Source of the DNA: Prochlorococcus sp. AG-679-M23
GTDB taxonomy: Bacteria > Cyanobacteriota > Cyanobacteriia > PCC-6307 > Cyanobiaceae
DNA: 64,000 nt
Reading direction: 5' to 3'
Assembly: GCA_003208875.1 (NCBI GenBank)
Contig: QCUR01000002.1
Coordinates: 192,001-256,000 of the forward strand
Shown here in pieces: positions 1-10,986 of the stretch. Position 1 is the first letter of the stretch, and every line of letters starts with the position of its first letter. Both the position numbers and the translations under genes were made by a program. Under the pieces are notes generated by a model. That model saw nothing but the letters and a program-made list of their open reading frames with translations, did no database searches and was not told where the DNA came from.

Positions 1-183
1 GGATTATTTTTAGGTTCAGTAGCCATAATTCCTGCGGCTGTGGAAAGAGCAACTAATGTTCAAACTTTTCAAGGTTTAGGAGCCACTTCTCTATTGATTC
101 TTGTAGGAGTTGCTATCGATACGGCTAAACAAATTCAAACTTATGTTATTTCGCAGAGGTATGAGGGATTAGTTAATAATTAA
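1..183 (+). CDS. secY: Preprotein translocase SecY, 3' end (partial)
   Basis: Frame 1 reads [60 protein letters not shown], a typical SecY C-terminus. TAA overlaps the adk ATG. Confidence 0.95.
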   Translation, partial: GLFLGSVAIIPAAVERATNVQTFQGLGATSLLILVGVAIDTAKQIQTYVISQRYEGLVNN

Positions 184-737
184 TGAAAAAACATTTACTA
201 TTTTTAGGACCGCCCGGAGCAGGTAAAGGAACTCAAGCTGCCCTTTTGAGTGAAGCTAACTCTTATTTACATTTATCTACTGGAGAATTATTAAGAAAAG
301 AAATTGATTTGGATACTGATTTGGGTAAACAAGTAAAAGATATTATGAATAGTGGGGAACTTGTAAGTGATCAATTAGTTTTAGAAATTGTAAAAAAAAA
401 TTTGGATAAGGATAATAATGGTTGGATTTTAGATGGTTATCCTAGAAATTTGTCTCAAGTGCATTCTCTTAATGATGTATTGATTAATATAAATCAACCT
501 TTAGAAATAGTATTTTATTTAGATATACCAGACGAAGTTTTAATAAAGCGTTTACTTATTAGGGGTAGAAAAGATGATAATGAAAAAACTATTAAAACAA
601 GATTAAAAATTTATAAGGAAACTACAGAGCCATTGATTGAATACTATAAAGATCTCGCCTTATTAGAAAATATCAAGGCTGATGGTGATCTAAAAACAAT
701 TTCTGCTGATATAAAACAAAAAATGGCTTGTCGATGA
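183..737 (+). CDS. adk: Adenylate kinase (short form, no LID domain)
   Basis: P-loop [21 protein letters not shown]; follows secY. Confidence 0.97.
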   Translation: MKKHLLFLGPPGAGKGTQAALLSEANSYLHLSTGELLRKEIDLDTDLGKQVKDIMNSGELVSDQLVLEIVKKNLDKDNNGWILDGYPRNLSQVHSLNDVLININQPLEIVFYLDIPDEVLIKRLLIRGRKDDNEKTIKTRLKIYKETTEPLIEYYKDLALLENIKADGDLKTISADIKQKMACR

Positions 738-775
738 TGTAGAATATGAAATTAACATTTTAATGAGAAAACCTT

Positions 776-892
776 ATGAAGGTTAGAGCCTCAGTAAAAA
801 AAATGTGTGACAAATGTCGTGTTATTCGTAGACATGGCAGGGTAATGGTTATTTGCACCGCTAGCCCTAGACACAAACAGCGTCAAGGTTAA
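776..892 (+). CDS. rpmJ: 50S ribosomal protein L36 (not in ORF track)
   Basis: Manual translation [42 protein letters not shown] zinc ribbon intact. Confidence 0.97.
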   Translation: MKVRASVKKMCDKCRVIRRHGRVMVICTASPRHKQRQG

Positions 893-937
893 TCTTTGAC
901 GAAATTTAATTAAAAACCTTTTACTAATTCGAAACAA

Positions 938-1303
938 GTGGCCAGGATTGCAGGAATTGACATACCTCGTGAAAAACGAGTTGAAATTGCACTTACATAC
1001 ATCTATGGAGTTGGTCTAACAAGATCAAAATTAATCCTTTCAAATACAGGAGTTAATCCTGATATTCGTGTCAAAGATTTATCAGATAGTGATGTACAGA
1101 AATTGAGAGGTGCTACAGAAGACTTTACTGTAGAGGGTGATTTACGTAGGAAAGAGGGTATGGCGATGAAACGCTTGCAAGATATTGGTTGTGTCAGAGG
1201 GAGAAGGCATAGAATGAGTCTTCCTGTAAGAGGTCAAAGAACAAGAACAAATGCTAGAACGAGAAGAGGCTCAAGAAAAACAGTTGCTGGAAGAAAAAAA
1301 TAA
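938..1303 (+). CDS. rpsM: 30S ribosomal protein S13
   Basis: [10 protein letters not shown]...[18 protein letters not shown] start. Confidence 0.98.
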   Translation: MARIAGIDIPREKRVEIALTYIYGVGLTRSKLILSNTGVNPDIRVKDLSDSDVQKLRGATEDFTVEGDLRRKEGMAMKRLQDIGCVRGRRHRMSLPVRGQRTRTNARTRRGSRKTVAGRKK

Positions 1304-1350
1304 TTAATTAATTATAAAAAATGACACCAAATTTATTTATCTAAATTGTT

Positions 1351-1743
1351 ATGGCAGCTCCAGTAAAAAAAACAGGTTCAAAGAAATCAAAGAAAAATGT
1401 ACCAAATGGCGTAGTACATATTCAAAGTACCTTTAATAACACTATCGTATCTATCACTGATACTTCGGGCCATGTAATTTCTTGGTCTTCTGCAGGAGCA
1501 AGTGGATTCAAAGGTGCTCGAAAAGGTACTCCATTTGCTGCTCAAACAGCTGCCGAAGCCGCGGCTAAAAGAGCTCTTGATCAAGGTATGAGACAAATAG
1601 AAGTATTAGTTAGAGGCCCTGGCTCAGGTAGGGAAACCGCCATAAGAGCTTTACAAGTGGCCGGTTTAGAAATAACTCTAATAAGAGATGTAACTCCATT
1701 ACCTCATAATGGATGCAGAAGGCCTAAACGTAGACGCGTTTAG
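1351..1743 (+). CDS. rpsK: 30S ribosomal protein S11
   Basis: [27 protein letters not shown]. Confidence 0.98.
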   Translation: MAAPVKKTGSKKSKKNVPNGVVHIQSTFNNTIVSITDTSGHVISWSSAGASGFKGARKGTPFAAQTAAEAAAKRALDQGMRQIEVLVRGPGSGRETAIRALQVAGLEITLIRDVTPLPHNGCRRPKRRRV

Positions 1744-1755
1744 AACTTAACCACT

Positions 1756-1787
1756 CCCCCCCCCCCAAACTTTCAACCTTTTTTTTT
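1756..1787 (+). repeat. C11 homopolymer (1756-1766) and T9 run (1779-1787) in the rpsK-rpoA spacer
   Basis: Read directly: ...ccact ccccccccccc aaactttcaacc ttttttttt ccGTG. Confidence 0.9.
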
Positions 1788-1789
1788 CC

Positions 1790-2728
1790 GTGTTGCAATA
1801 CCAGATTGACAGAATCGATCATCAAATATCAGATGATCGCTCCCAAACAGGAACATTTTTAATTGGCCCCTTAGAAAGAGGACAAGCTACAACTCTCGGT
1901 AATTCTTTAAGAAGAGTTCTTATGGGAGGACTTGAAGGTAGTGCTGTAACTGCTGTAAGAATTGCAGGAATTAATCATGAATATGCCACTATCCCAGGAG
2001 TTAGAGAAGACGTACTTGATATTCTTTTAAATTGTAAGCAACTCTCTATTAATAGTTCCAACCCTGAGACTGAGATTGGGAGGTTAGTAGTTAATGGCCC
2101 AATGGAAGTAAAGGCAAACGACATACAATTTTCCTCTCAAGTTGAAATAGTTGACGGTGAAAAACCTATTGCAACTATTCAAGAGGGACATAATCTAGAG
2201 TTAGAAATTCATGTAGAAAGAGGGGTTGGTTATAGACCTGTAGATCGAAGAAATCAAGAAACTACAGCTATAGACTTGCTTCAGATAGATGCTGTTTTTA
2301 TGCCTGTAAAAAGAGTTAACTTCACAATAGATGAAACTGCTGTTGCAGAAGGAGCGACAGGTAGAGAAAGATTAACAATGGAAGTTGTTACAGATGGTTC
2401 CACAAGCCCTGATGATGCGATTGCTGAAGCAGCAAACCAGTTAATTGAACTCTTTCAGCCCCTAGCAACCGTTACAATGGTTGAAGAAATACCAGAAGAA
2501 CCAGAACCTTCTCCTGAAGCGCAAATTCCATTAGAAGAACTAAACTTGTCCGTTAGAGCGTATAATTGTTTGAAAAGAGCACAAGTTAATTCTGTATCAG
2601 ATTTAATGGGATTCAGTTACGAAGATCTTTTAGAAATTAAGAACTTCGGCTCGAAATCTGCAGATGAGGTTATTGAAGCTCTTGAGCGAATAGGAATTTC
2701 AATTCCACAAAGCCGGACATCTGTTTAA
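1790..2728 (+). CDS. rpoA: RNA polymerase subunit alpha
   Basis: [18 protein letters not shown]; alpha-[23 protein letters not shown]. Confidence 0.98.
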   Translation: MLQYQIDRIDHQISDDRSQTGTFLIGPLERGQATTLGNSLRRVLMGGLEGSAVTAVRIAGINHEYATIPGVREDVLDILLNCKQLSINSSNPETEIGRLVVNGPMEVKANDIQFSSQVEIVDGEKPIATIQEGHNLELEIHVERGVGYRPVDRRNQETTAIDLLQIDAVFMPVKRVNFTIDETAVAEGATGRERLTMEVVTDGSTSPDDAIAEAANQLIELFQPLATVTMVEEIPEEPEPSPEAQIPLEELNLSVRAYNCLKRAQVNSVSDLMGFSYEDLLEIKNFGSKSADEVIEALERIGISIPQSRTSV

Positions 2729-2743
2729 CAAACTATTGAGATT

Positions 2744-3094
2744 ATGAGACATCAACTTAGAGTTCCTCTTTTAAGTAAACCAGCTGATCAAAGAAAAGCT
2801 CTTCTTAGAGCTTTAACTACGCAACTTATTCGAGAAGGTAGAATAACTACTACCAAAGCAAGAGCTAAAGCTTTAAGAAATGAAGCGGAAAGAATGATTT
2901 CCTTAGCAAAGGAGGGGACTTTATCTGCTAGAAGAAGAGCTCTTGGTTATATTTATGATAAAAAGTTAGTTCACTCACTATTTGAAAAAGCTCAAGAAAG
3001 ATATGGAGAAAGAAACGGTGGTTATACCCGAATCGTCAGAACTGTTGCTAGAAAGGGTGATAATGCCCAAATGGCTATCATTGAACTAGTTTGA
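2744..3094 (+). CDS. rplQ: 50S ribosomal protein L17
   Basis: MRH start, [29 protein letters not shown]. Confidence 0.98.
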   Translation: MRHQLRVPLLSKPADQRKALLRALTTQLIREGRITTTKARAKALRNEAERMISLAKEGTLSARRRALGYIYDKKLVHSLFEKAQERYGERNGGYTRIVRTVARKGDNAQMAIIELV

Positions 3095-3131
3095 AGATAG
3101 AAAAATAAAACTTGAAAATATAAAATAACTT

Positions 3132-3938
3132 TTGAAAAGAGTAGCTTTAGTTATCCAATATGATGGATCTTATTTTTCAGGTTGGCAAAGACAGAAAAAT
3201 GCAATAAGTGTTCAAGAGACAATAGAAAATTGCCTATTTAAAATATCAAATCAAATTATAAAAACATTTGCTTCAGGAAGAACAGACGCTGGAGTTCATG
3301 CTTCTGGTCAAGTAATTCATTTTGATATTGATTTCGTAATACCAATTGATCGTTATGCAGATGTACTAAATAGTAGATTACCTCATTCAATTAGGATCTT
3401 AGAATCAGTAGAAGTAAAAAATAGTTGGCATGCTTGCTATTCTGCAGTTTATAGACATTATCGATACGTAATTAATAATAGTAAGATACCTAATTTGTTT
3501 TTAAATAAGTGGTCATGGCATAGATACCAGAAATATCTTGATGAGTTTTCAATGTCAATTGCCCTAGATGGAATGATTGGAGAGCATGATTTTTTTGCTT
3601 TTCAAAAGAGTGGAAGTAATAGATCAACTTCTATAACAACAATAAAAAATATAAAATTGGAGAGGACTGAGGATTTGATATTGATAGATATAAAAGCTAC
3701 AGGATTTCTTTATGGAATGGTACGTTCAATAGTGGGTCAACTTGTTTTAGTAGGAGAAAATAAAATAACACCAGATATTTTTAAAGATAGATGGGTTTTA
3801 AAAAAGAAACATGATGTTCGAGAGTCAGCTCCAGCCAAAGGGTTATGTTTTGTCAATTCTATATACGAAGAAAATATTTTTAAAAGAATTAATAAAAATG
3901 ATCTTTTCCCGAAATTTGTAATTAGAGGTTACTCCTAG
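3132..3938 (+). CDS. truA: tRNA pseudouridine(38-40) synthase
   Basis: YDGSYFSGWQRQ, SGRTDAGVHASGQ, FLYGMVR, APAKGL; TTG start. Confidence 0.96.
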   Translation: MKRVALVIQYDGSYFSGWQRQKNAISVQETIENCLFKISNQIIKTFASGRTDAGVHASGQVIHFDIDFVIPIDRYADVLNSRLPHSIRILESVEVKNSWHACYSAVYRHYRYVINNSKIPNLFLNKWSWHRYQKYLDEFSMSIALDGMIGEHDFFAFQKSGSNRSTSITTIKNIKLERTEDLILIDIKATGFLYGMVRSIVGQLVLVGENKITPDIFKDRWVLKKKHDVRESAPAKGLCFVNSIYEENIFKRINKNDLFPKFVIRGYS

Positions 3939-4055
3939 ATTGGAAGATTTTATAAACTAAAATAATATATTTAGATAATCAAAATAATTGTTTATTCCTC
4001 CTTCAATAAGGTAGAATTTATAACTGATTAAAATTTATTCAAGAAAAATTTATAA

Positions 4056-4487
4056 ATGAATAAAACTATTACTCCCTCTATAGAAACTATCAAAAGAAAT
4101 TGGTTTTTAGTTGATGCTAAAGATAAGACACTTGGCAGGCTTTCTACAGAAATAGCTGCCGTTCTAAGAGGAAAGAACAAACCAACATTTACCCCTCATT
4201 TAGACACAGGTGATTTTGTTATTGTCGTTAATGCCGAAAAAGTAGAGGTAACAGGTAAAAAAGCATCACAGAAATTATACAGAAGGCATTCTGGTAGACC
4301 AGGAGGAATGAAAGTTGAAAAATTTGAATCGCTTCAAGAAAGAATTCCTGAGAGAATAATTGAGCAGGCTGTTAAAGGAATGCTTCCTCATAATTCATTG
4401 GGAAGACAGCAATTCAAGAAATTAAAAGTTTATAAAGGTTCTGATCATCCTCATACTGCACAAAATCCTGTATTATTAAATAGTTAA
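4056..4487 (+). CDS. rplM: 50S ribosomal protein L13
   Basis: [34 protein letters not shown]. Confidence 0.98.
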   Translation: MNKTITPSIETIKRNWFLVDAKDKTLGRLSTEIAAVLRGKNKPTFTPHLDTGDFVIVVNAEKVEVTGKKASQKLYRRHSGRPGGMKVEKFESLQERIPERIIEQAVKGMLPHNSLGRQQFKKLKVYKGSDHPHTAQNPVLLNS

Positions 4488-4496
4488 GCTTTACTA

Positions 4497-4907
4497 ATGA
4501 ATAGTCAAATAAAAAACAAAGCAGTTTATTGGGGTACTGGAAGAAGAAAAACTTCTGTAGCAAGAGTTCGTTTAATTCCCGGCAATGGACAAATCAAAAT
4601 AAATGGTCGATCGGGTGATGATTACTTAAACTTTAACCCAACACACTTAAATTCAGTTAAAGCTCCTTTGCTAACTTTAGGCCTTGAAAATTCATACGAT
4701 ATTTTTGTAAATGTTTTTGGTGGTGGTTTAACAGGGCAGGCAGATGCAATCAAGCAAGGAGCAGCTAGAGCTCTTTGTGGTTTGTCTCCTGACAATAGGA
4801 AGCCTTTAAAAACAGAAGGCCACCTTAGTAGAGACCCTAGATCAAAAGAAAGAAAAAAATATGGTCTTAAAAAAGCTCGGAAAGCTGGTCAATTCTCTAA
4901 ACGTTAA
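4497..4907 (+). CDS. rpsI: 30S ribosomal protein S9
   Basis: [39 protein letters not shown]. Confidence 0.98.
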   Translation: MNSQIKNKAVYWGTGRRKTSVARVRLIPGNGQIKINGRSGDDYLNFNPTHLNSVKAPLLTLGLENSYDIFVNVFGGGLTGQADAIKQGAARALCGLSPDNRKPLKTEGHLSRDPRSKERKKYGLKKARKAGQFSKR

Positions 4908-4919
4908 AAACATTTTATT

Positions 4920-5180
4920 ATGCCTAAATCAGAAATTCATCCTAAATGGTATCCAGATGCAAAAGTTATTTGTAATGGAGAAGTCGTAATGACTACAGGT
5001 TCAACTAAGCCTGAATTACATGTTGATGTTTGGAGTGGGAATCATCCTTTCTTTACTGGGACACAAAAAATTCTGGATACTGAAGGTAGAGTTGATAGGT
5101 TTATGAAGAAATATGGAATGGGTTCAGCCGATTCAGCCACTTCAAAAGAAACAAAAGAATCTAAAAAATCAGATAAATAA
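4920..5180 (+). CDS. rpmE: 50S ribosomal protein L31 (zinc-ligand-lacking type)
   Basis: IHPKWY, DVWSGNHPFFTG, GRVDRF; only one Cys. Confidence 0.96.
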   Translation: MPKSEIHPKWYPDAKVICNGEVVMTTGSTKPELHVDVWSGNHPFFTGTQKILDTEGRVDRFMKKYGMGSADSATSKETKESKKSDK

Positions 5181-5214
5181 AAATTTACTAATCAAAAATT
5201 AAGCAAATTTTCAA

Positions 5215-6309
5215 TTGGAATATACAACATTAATTGCAAGATTGAAAAATGCTGCAGAAAGTTTTGGCAATTTGGAAATGCAGTTGGCTGATCCCGATAT
5301 TGCAAATAACCCTAAAAAACTAGAATCAATAGCAAGAGAAAGAGCCAAGCTGGAACCTTTGGTTCTAGATTTTAATCAATTGCTTGATACTGATAAAGAA
5401 ATTGGTGACTCCAAACAATTGCTTAAAGAGAGTAGAAATGATAAAGATATGGAATCATTGATCAATGAAGAATTATTCAGTCTAGAAGATCTTAAGAATC
5501 AACTTATTGAAAAATTAACAATTGCTTTATTACCCAAAGATCCACGAGATGAAAGAAGTGTAATGTTGGAAATTAGAGCTGGAGCAGGAGGAAATGAAGC
5601 TTGTATTTGGGCCGGTGATCTAGCAAGAATGTATGAAAGATATGGACAAAAGATTGGTTGGACAGTAAAACCTATTAGTGCTTCTGAATCAGATATGGGA
5701 GGATTTAAAGAATTAGTTATTTCTGTAAAAGGAGATTCTGTTTATAGTCAATTGAAATTTGAGGCAGGTGTTCATAGAGTTCAAAGAGTCCCAGCAACTG
5801 AATCTCAAGGCAGAGTTCATACTTCTACTGCAACAGTTGCGGTTATGCCGGAGGCTGATCCAGTAGAAGTTAAGATTGATCCAACTGAGATAGAAATTGG
5901 TACAGCTAGATCAGGTGGTGCTGGTGGTCAAAATGTTAATAAGGTAGAGACTGCTATTGATCTAATTCATAAGCCGACAGGTATCAGAGTATTTTGTACA
6001 CAAGAAAGATCTCAGCTACAAAATCGTGAGCGAGCTATGGAAATTCTAAGAGCTAAGTTATATGAGATTCAATTAAAAGAAGCTAATGCTAAGGAAAGGT
6101 CACAAAGGCTAATGCAAGTTGGAAGTGGAGATAGAAGCGAAAAAATTAGAACTTATAATTTTAAAGATAATAGAACAACTGATCATAGGTTGGGATCCAA
6201 TTTTGCATTAGAGCCGATTCTGGCAGGACAATTAGATGATGTTATTGATGCTTGTTTAGCACAAGAACAAAAAATGATGTTAGAAGATTTTAATGAGAAT
6301 GAAAATTAA
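5215..6309 (+). CDS. prfA: Peptide chain release factor 1
   Basis: GGQ motif ([11 protein letters not shown]) and the RF1-type PxT loop (RVPATES). Confidence 0.97.
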   Translation: MEYTTLIARLKNAAESFGNLEMQLADPDIANNPKKLESIARERAKLEPLVLDFNQLLDTDKEIGDSKQLLKESRNDKDMESLINEELFSLEDLKNQLIEKLTIALLPKDPRDERSVMLEIRAGAGGNEACIWAGDLARMYERYGQKIGWTVKPISASESDMGGFKELVISVKGDSVYSQLKFEAGVHRVQRVPATESQGRVHTSTATVAVMPEADPVEVKIDPTEIEIGTARSGGAGGQNVNKVETAIDLIHKPTGIRVFCTQERSQLQNRERAMEILRAKLYEIQLKEANAKERSQRLMQVGSGDRSEKIRTYNFKDNRTTDHRLGSNFALEPILAGQLDDVIDACLAQEQKMMLEDFNENEN

Positions 6310-6315
6310 TTAATT

Positions 6316-6822
6316 TTAAGCAGCTAACCCAATCACATATTTACTCCATTCTTTATGTTTTCCAGAGTCTATTTGCCTTGTGGCTTCAAAATTTAGATTA
6401 CTTAATGGACGATATGGCTTTCGTTTTAAAGGCATATTTGCTTCTTCGGGGGTTTTATTACCTTTTTGAACATTACATCTAAGGCATGCAGTTGTTACAT
6501 TTTCCCAGTTGTCAGGTCCACCTCTGCTTCTTGGTAAAACATGATCTATCGATAAATCACTACCTCTGTGGTTACAGTATTGACATGAATTATTGTCTCT
6601 AAGAAGTATATTTTTTCTTGTAAGTGCGACCTCTCTGAAGGGAACTTTAACGTAGTAGCGAAGCCTAATGACAGTAGGAAGGTTTTGTCCAGAATGTATA
6701 GCATATGATTGATCTTCTTCTAAACTTTCAGCTTTACCTTTGATCATTAAAATTACAGCTCTTCGCCAAGAAGTAATGTTTAAAGGTTCATAAGATGCAT
6801 TTAAAACAAGAGTCTGGCCCAT
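6316..6822 (-). CDS. HNH endonuclease (McrA-like, zinc-binding)
   Basis: LVLNASYEPL, RDNNSCQYC, IDHVLPRSRGG..WENVTTACLRCN..KG. The ATG at 6822 (MGQTLVLN) is more likely the start than the ORF-track start at 6873. Confidence 0.9.
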   Translation of the reverse strand: MGQTLVLNASYEPLNITSWRRAVILMIKGKAESLEEDQSYAIHSGQNLPTVIRLRYYVKVPFREVALTRKNILLRDNNSCQYCNHRGSDLSIDHVLPRSRGGPDNWENVTTACLRCNVQKGNKTPEEANMPLKRKPYRPLSNLNFEATRQIDSGKHKEWSKYVIGLAA

Positions 6823-6902
6823 GCCAAATATCAATTTACATGTCATGCTAGCGGTATATTTAAATAAGCGCATATAATCGCTTAATCATTAATTGAACTT
6901 CT

Positions 6903-8090
6903 TTGAATAATCGAAAAATTAATTTTGATACTCTTCCAAGTTTTGAAGGAGAAATAGATCCAACTCAAAGAGCTTGGATAGAAGTCAGTGGTAAAGCAAT
7001 AGAGGCAAACGTAAGGCAATTAAGATCAAAATTAAAAAATAATTGTGAATTTATGGCAGTTGTTAAGGCTGATGGATATGGACATGATGCAAAAGTTGTA
7101 TCTGAAAATGCGATTAAAGGTGGCGCTTCTCAATTAGGAGTAGCAACCTTAAAGGAGGGTATAAAGCTTCGTTCTTTTGGGATAAATGCCCCAATTCTTG
7201 TACTTGGTAATCTTTATACGAAAAAAGATTTATTAATATGTTTTAGAAATGATTTGATGCCAACTGTTAGTACTTTTAGAGAGTGTTTGATTTGTAATAA
7301 CATTGGAAAGAGTAATAATTTCAAATTCTCTTTGCATCTAAAAGTTGATACTGGGATGTCAAGATTAGGATTTGAATGTGATCAGTTTGTTCAACAATTT
7401 AATAATATTAAATCACTTGAAAATATTGCTGTTAAGGGAATATATAGTCATCTCGCTTGCGCAGATGAAAAGAATGCTTTGAATCCCAAAAGTAGCACTC
7501 AATTACAAAAAGAAAAATTTCAAGAATTATTGAAAATTATTGATATTGATAATACACAAAATATTAAGATCCATCTTGCTAATTCTGCTGGCATGATTCT
7601 TGGCAAGGATTTTCATTTTGATATGGTACGCGTTGGCCTTTCCATGTATGGCTATGATCCATTAGTAAATATAAATGAAACTTTATTTCTTAAACCTGCT
7701 TTATTTTTAAAGGCTAAAGTGACTTTTGTTCGAACTATTGAAAAAGGTATCGGAGTCAGTTACGGAAATAAATTTGTTAGTGATAGAAAAACAAAGTTAG
7801 CGGTTTTAAGTATTGGTTATGCTGATGGAATCATTAGAAATTTATCTGGCAAAATAAGTTTGATTCATAATAAAAAACTTTATTCTCAAGTTGGATCCAT
7901 AACAATGGATCAAATGATGGTAGATATTACAGACTCAAATGATATTGAAGTTGGTAGTACCCTGATATTACTAGGATCTGAAGGAGATAAATCAATTTCT
8001 CCGATTGACTGGGCAGATAAATGTAATAGCATTCCTTGGGAAATTCTTTGCTCTTTTAAAAATAGATTACCAAGAGTCCAAGTTGATTAG
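6903..8090 (+). CDS. alr: Alanine racemase
   Basis: AVVKADGYGH (PLP lysine), KVDTGMSRLG, IGYADG, ITMDQ. Confidence 0.97.
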   Translation: MNNRKINFDTLPSFEGEIDPTQRAWIEVSGKAIEANVRQLRSKLKNNCEFMAVVKADGYGHDAKVVSENAIKGGASQLGVATLKEGIKLRSFGINAPILVLGNLYTKKDLLICFRNDLMPTVSTFRECLICNNIGKSNNFKFSLHLKVDTGMSRLGFECDQFVQQFNNIKSLENIAVKGIYSHLACADEKNALNPKSSTQLQKEKFQELLKIIDIDNTQNIKIHLANSAGMILGKDFHFDMVRVGLSMYGYDPLVNINETLFLKPALFLKAKVTFVRTIEKGIGVSYGNKFVSDRKTKLAVLSIGYADGIIRNLSGKISLIHNKKLYSQVGSITMDQMMVDITDSNDIEVGSTLILLGSEGDKSISPIDWADKCNSIPWEILCSFKNRLPRVQVD

Positions 8091-8113
8091 ACATTTCGAT
8101 TAAATAAATAATT

Positions 8114-8142
8114 TTGAATGTTTGCACAAAAATTGATAATGT
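8114..8142 (+). promoter_or_regulatory. Sigma70-type promoter of tRNA-Ser
   Basis: TTGAAT (8114-8119), a 17-nt spacer ending in TGA, then TAATGT (8137-8142, extended -10); 9 nt upstream of tRNA G1. Confidence 0.6.
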
Positions 8143-8151
8143 AAAAGAACT

Positions 8152-8240
8152 GGAGAGGTGGCTGAGTGGTTGAAAGCGGCTCCCTGCTAAGGAGTTACAG
8201 GAGGTAACTTTTGTCGAGGGTTCGAATCCCTCCCTCTCCG
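8152..8240 (+). tRNA. tRNA-Ser (anticodon GCT), CCA not encoded
   Basis: GGAGAGG/CCTCTCC acceptor stem, GCTCC-CTGCTAA-GGAGT anticodon arm, long variable arm, GAGGG-TTCGAAT-CCCTC T arm. Confidence 0.97.
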
Positions 8241-8263
8241 TAATTTATTTAAAAGAATTATTT

Positions 8264-9067
8264 TTATTCTTGGTATTTTTTAAAAAAATTAATATCTATA
8301 TTTTTCAGATCATTTACTGTTTTTAAAATTAAATCAGCTCCTGCCTCTCTAAGTTTTGACTCATATGCAATGCGTTCTTTTATCCTAGATTCTAAATGGA
8401 GATGTGGAGGAGCTACTCCAATGCTTATAAATTTTTGACCTGGAATTCTTTTTTTTGCATTTAAAACAGTATTGATATCAGCAATTGTGTCACCGACATA
8501 TGCAATGGGTATATTTTCATTACCTAGATTTCTTTCACAAAGTTTACTTGCCAAGTAAAGAAAACCTTGAGGATCTGGCTTATCAGGAGCATCACCCATT
8601 GCTATTAAAGGGGGAGATTCTAATTTAAGTCTCTTTTCTAAAACAAATTTTGCAGATGCAGATTCGGCTCCACTAACAAATCCCCAAGTAATCCTGTTAA
8701 CACTTAATAAGGTAAAAAATTCTTTTTCCACTAATAATTCCTCATTTCTTATAAAACCTGACCAGTCATTACTATCTTTAGTTGGATTCCCACCAAAGTA
8801 GTAGTCTTCAAAACATCCAATTATGGCTTCTCTTTGAGGTGGTTTAAGTTTCAGATTCTTGCTTTTAATATGTCTCTTTATAAGTTCTAAACTTAAATCC
8901 CAATCGTTATTCCAGATACCTTCGTTTTTTGCATTATCTATATCTCGATAACTAGGTTCCCATCCGCAAAATCGGTTAACTGTTTTTTTTAGTGAAAGTC
9001 TATAACTATTTTCTACGCTTCGGATAACACCATCTATATCAAATAAAATTACACCAATATTATTCAA
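8264..9067 (-). CDS. HAD-superfamily hydrolase (cyanobacterial TIGR01548-like)
   Basis: Motif I FDIDGV, KPDP, motif IV YVGDTIAD. Confidence 0.85.
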   Translation of the reverse strand: MNNIGVILFDIDGVIRSVENSYRLSLKKTVNRFCGWEPSYRDIDNAKNEGIWNNDWDLSLELIKRHIKSKNLKLKPPQREAIIGCFEDYYFGGNPTKDSNDWSGFIRNEELLVEKEFFTLLSVNRITWGFVSGAESASAKFVLEKRLKLESPPLIAMGDAPDKPDPQGFLYLASKLCERNLGNENIPIAYVGDTIADINTVLNAKKRIPGQKFISIGVAPPHLHLESRIKERIAYESKLREAGADLILKTVNDLKNIDINFFKKYQE

Positions 9068-9165
9068 GGAATTAATCTCAAAACTATTTTATTAAACATT
9101 AATATTCTCTTGTAAAAAAAGCAAAAACAAAATATTTAATGATCAATATAAGATGGAGTTTCAAA

Positions 9166-10986
9166 TTACTTTTTTAAATATCCTCTCGGAGTTAAAAATA
9201 TTTCATCAACCAAAGTAGTTTTAGAATTACCAATGATTATTATTGATAGCATATCTATATCCTGTAAAGGCATACTATCTAAACTAAAAAAGCTCTTGGA
9301 TTGATTTTCCCTTCCTACTTGTCTTCCTACTAAGACTGGAGTATTTCCTGATCTATATCCTAAGCATAATTCTATAGCTCTTTTCAATTGCCAATTTCTT
9401 TCAAGTGATTGTGGATTGAAAATGGCAATTACAAAGTCTCCTAATAAAGCACCTGCAATTCTTTTTTCTATAGTTTCCCAAGGGGTTAACTTATCACTCA
9501 AGCTGATTGAACAGAAGTCATTCATCAATGGGGCTCCACCAATTGCTGCAGCCAACTGCATGCTACTTATTCCTGGATGTACTTCAAATGAAGGTCTAAA
9601 ATCTTTATGAACTTTTTGAATTAATTCTAAAAGTAGGCCAGCCATCCCATAAAAGCCTGCATCACCAGAAGATATTAGTGCTACTTTTATTCCCTCTTCA
9701 GCAAGTTTTATAGCTTTCTCACATCTCTCTTTCTCTTCAGTAAGATTGCTTTCAATCATTACTTGGTCTTTTCTTTTAAGAGGTTTAATTAGATCCAAAT
9801 ACATTTTGTATCCAATCCAAATAGAACATTTTGATAAAGCTTTTCTAGCATCATTTGTTAAATAGGAAATATCTCCTGGCCCACTACCGATAACATGAAT
9901 TTCACCAGTTAATGGTGAATATTGATTTTTAGATTCAGAGACTGCAATAGTTACTGCGCCAAACGTACTTTTTGAAGAATCGATACTTTTAAAAACTTTC
10001 TTTTCTTTCAATAGTTTTGAACCTTGTCCTGCAGCGATCATGCAAGCTGCCTCAGCAACTGAAGGTGTACCAATTTCATTTAGTACTACATTCGATGGGT
10101 TTGGGGTATTGATTGAAGAGAGCTCTTCAGATGTAAAAAATTTTATAGGTAAATTTTTTTCTTTTGAGATCTCTAAAATTGCCTTCTCATCTTTCTTTAA
10201 ATCAATAGTTGCAAAACCTGCTATTGATAATGGAGACAAATTATTAGTAGCTAAAAAACTTTGTAAAGAGTCTTCAATTAATTCTTTGCTAGTATTTCGC
10301 TCACAACCTAAACCGATCCATAAAGTTGGAGGATGCCAAGTATTTTTATGATTATCGAATATAGATATATGAAAAATTGATTTCTTTTGCTCATAATCTT
10401 TGTCTGATAATTGAGTAATAGTATTTCCTGCTTCAGAAGTTTTCCATAAATTGATGCCTGATAATTGGCTACAAAAAATCTCTTTTTTATTAGATTGCTT
10501 GATTACTAATTTTGACCAGTCCTTTATATCTCCAGATCTTTTCCATCCCCATTGATTTCCAAATGAGTCAATATTTAAGTAATTCTGATCAATTGAATTA
10601 TTAGTCTCGATTATTTCACTATCGAATAAATTGCATATTTGAAATGCAATATTTTGGATATTTGATTGATGTGCTCCAATTATAGGGATAATTTTTGATC
10701 CTTTTTTATCAATAACAATTACTCCAGGATCTTTATCTTTGGAAGATAATAAAGAATTAATAAGTCTTATAGAAGCGCCAACTGAGCCGACAAAGACAAT
10801 CAACTCCAATTTTTCCCACTTTTCTCTCAGAATTTGACTAGGTTTCACAAACTTAACTGAGTCTTTTATCTTTTTATCTTTAGGGGATGAGCTTCCTATG
10901 AAAATCTCATTGATAAATTCAGTTTTTTTTAGTCTTTTTAAAATCTCTTTTGAAGTATCAGAAAAACCTATTGCAATACCTTTCAA
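9166..10986 (-). CDS. cobJ: Bifunctional CbiG / precorrin-3B C17-methyltransferase (CbiH/CobJ) fusion
   Basis: N-terminal CbiG features (SKDKDPGVIVID, GLGCER, TPSVAEAA); C-terminal methyltransferase (IGSGPG, ISSGDAGFYGMAG, ISLSDKLTPW, TPRGY). Confidence 0.9.
   Translation of the reverse strand: MKGIAIGFSDTSKEILKRLKKTEFINEIFIGSSSPKDKKIKDSVKFVKPSQILREKWEKLELIVFVGSVGASIRLINSLLSSKDKDPGVIVIDKKGSKIIPIIGAHQSNIQNIAFQICNLFDSEIIETNNSIDQNYLNIDSFGNQWGWKRSGDIKDWSKLVIKQSNKKEIFCSQLSGINLWKTSEAGNTITQLSDKDYEQKKSIFHISIFDNHKNTWHPPTLWIGLGCERNTSKELIEDSLQSFLATNNLSPLSIAGFATIDLKKDEKAILEISKEKNLPIKFFTSEELSSINTPNPSNVVLNEIGTPSVAEAACMIAAGQGSKLLKEKKVFKSIDSSKSTFGAVTIAVSESKNQYSPLTGEIHVIGSGPGDISYLTNDARKALSKCSIWIGYKMYLDLIKPLKRKDQVMIESNLTEEKERCEKAIKLAEEGIKVALISSGDAGFYGMAGLLLELIQKVHKDFRPSFEVHPGISSMQLAAAIGGAPLMNDFCSISLSDKLTPWETIEKRIAGALLGDFVIAIFNPQSLERNWQLKRAIELCLGYRSGNTPVLVGRQVGRENQSKSFFSLDSMPLQDIDMLSIIIIGNSKTTLVDEIFLTPRGYLKK

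Noticed and set aside
738..1789. No infA between adk and rpmJ, and no rpsD between rpsK and rpoA
   Set aside because: rpsD is normally outside this operon in cyanobacteria and infA is most likely elsewhere in the genome. Loss cannot be inferred from one window.
6316..6873. HNH nuclease as a possible defence or mobile element
   Set aside because: It is a single gene among housekeeping genes with no methyltransferase, repeats or integrase, and matches a common chromosomal HNH type.
8152..8263. tRNA-Ser as an island integration site
   Set aside because: I saw no duplicated tRNA 3' end or integrase in the window, and the flanking genes are ordinary.
9416..10351. Short antisense or alternate-frame ORFs in the track (also 1387, 14976, 23406, 27173, 30673, 36733, 44798, 46315, 46994, 53149, 54587, 56791, 63265 and others)
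   Set aside because: They lie within or opposite well-supported genes and have no recognisable motifs; consistent with shadow ORFs.
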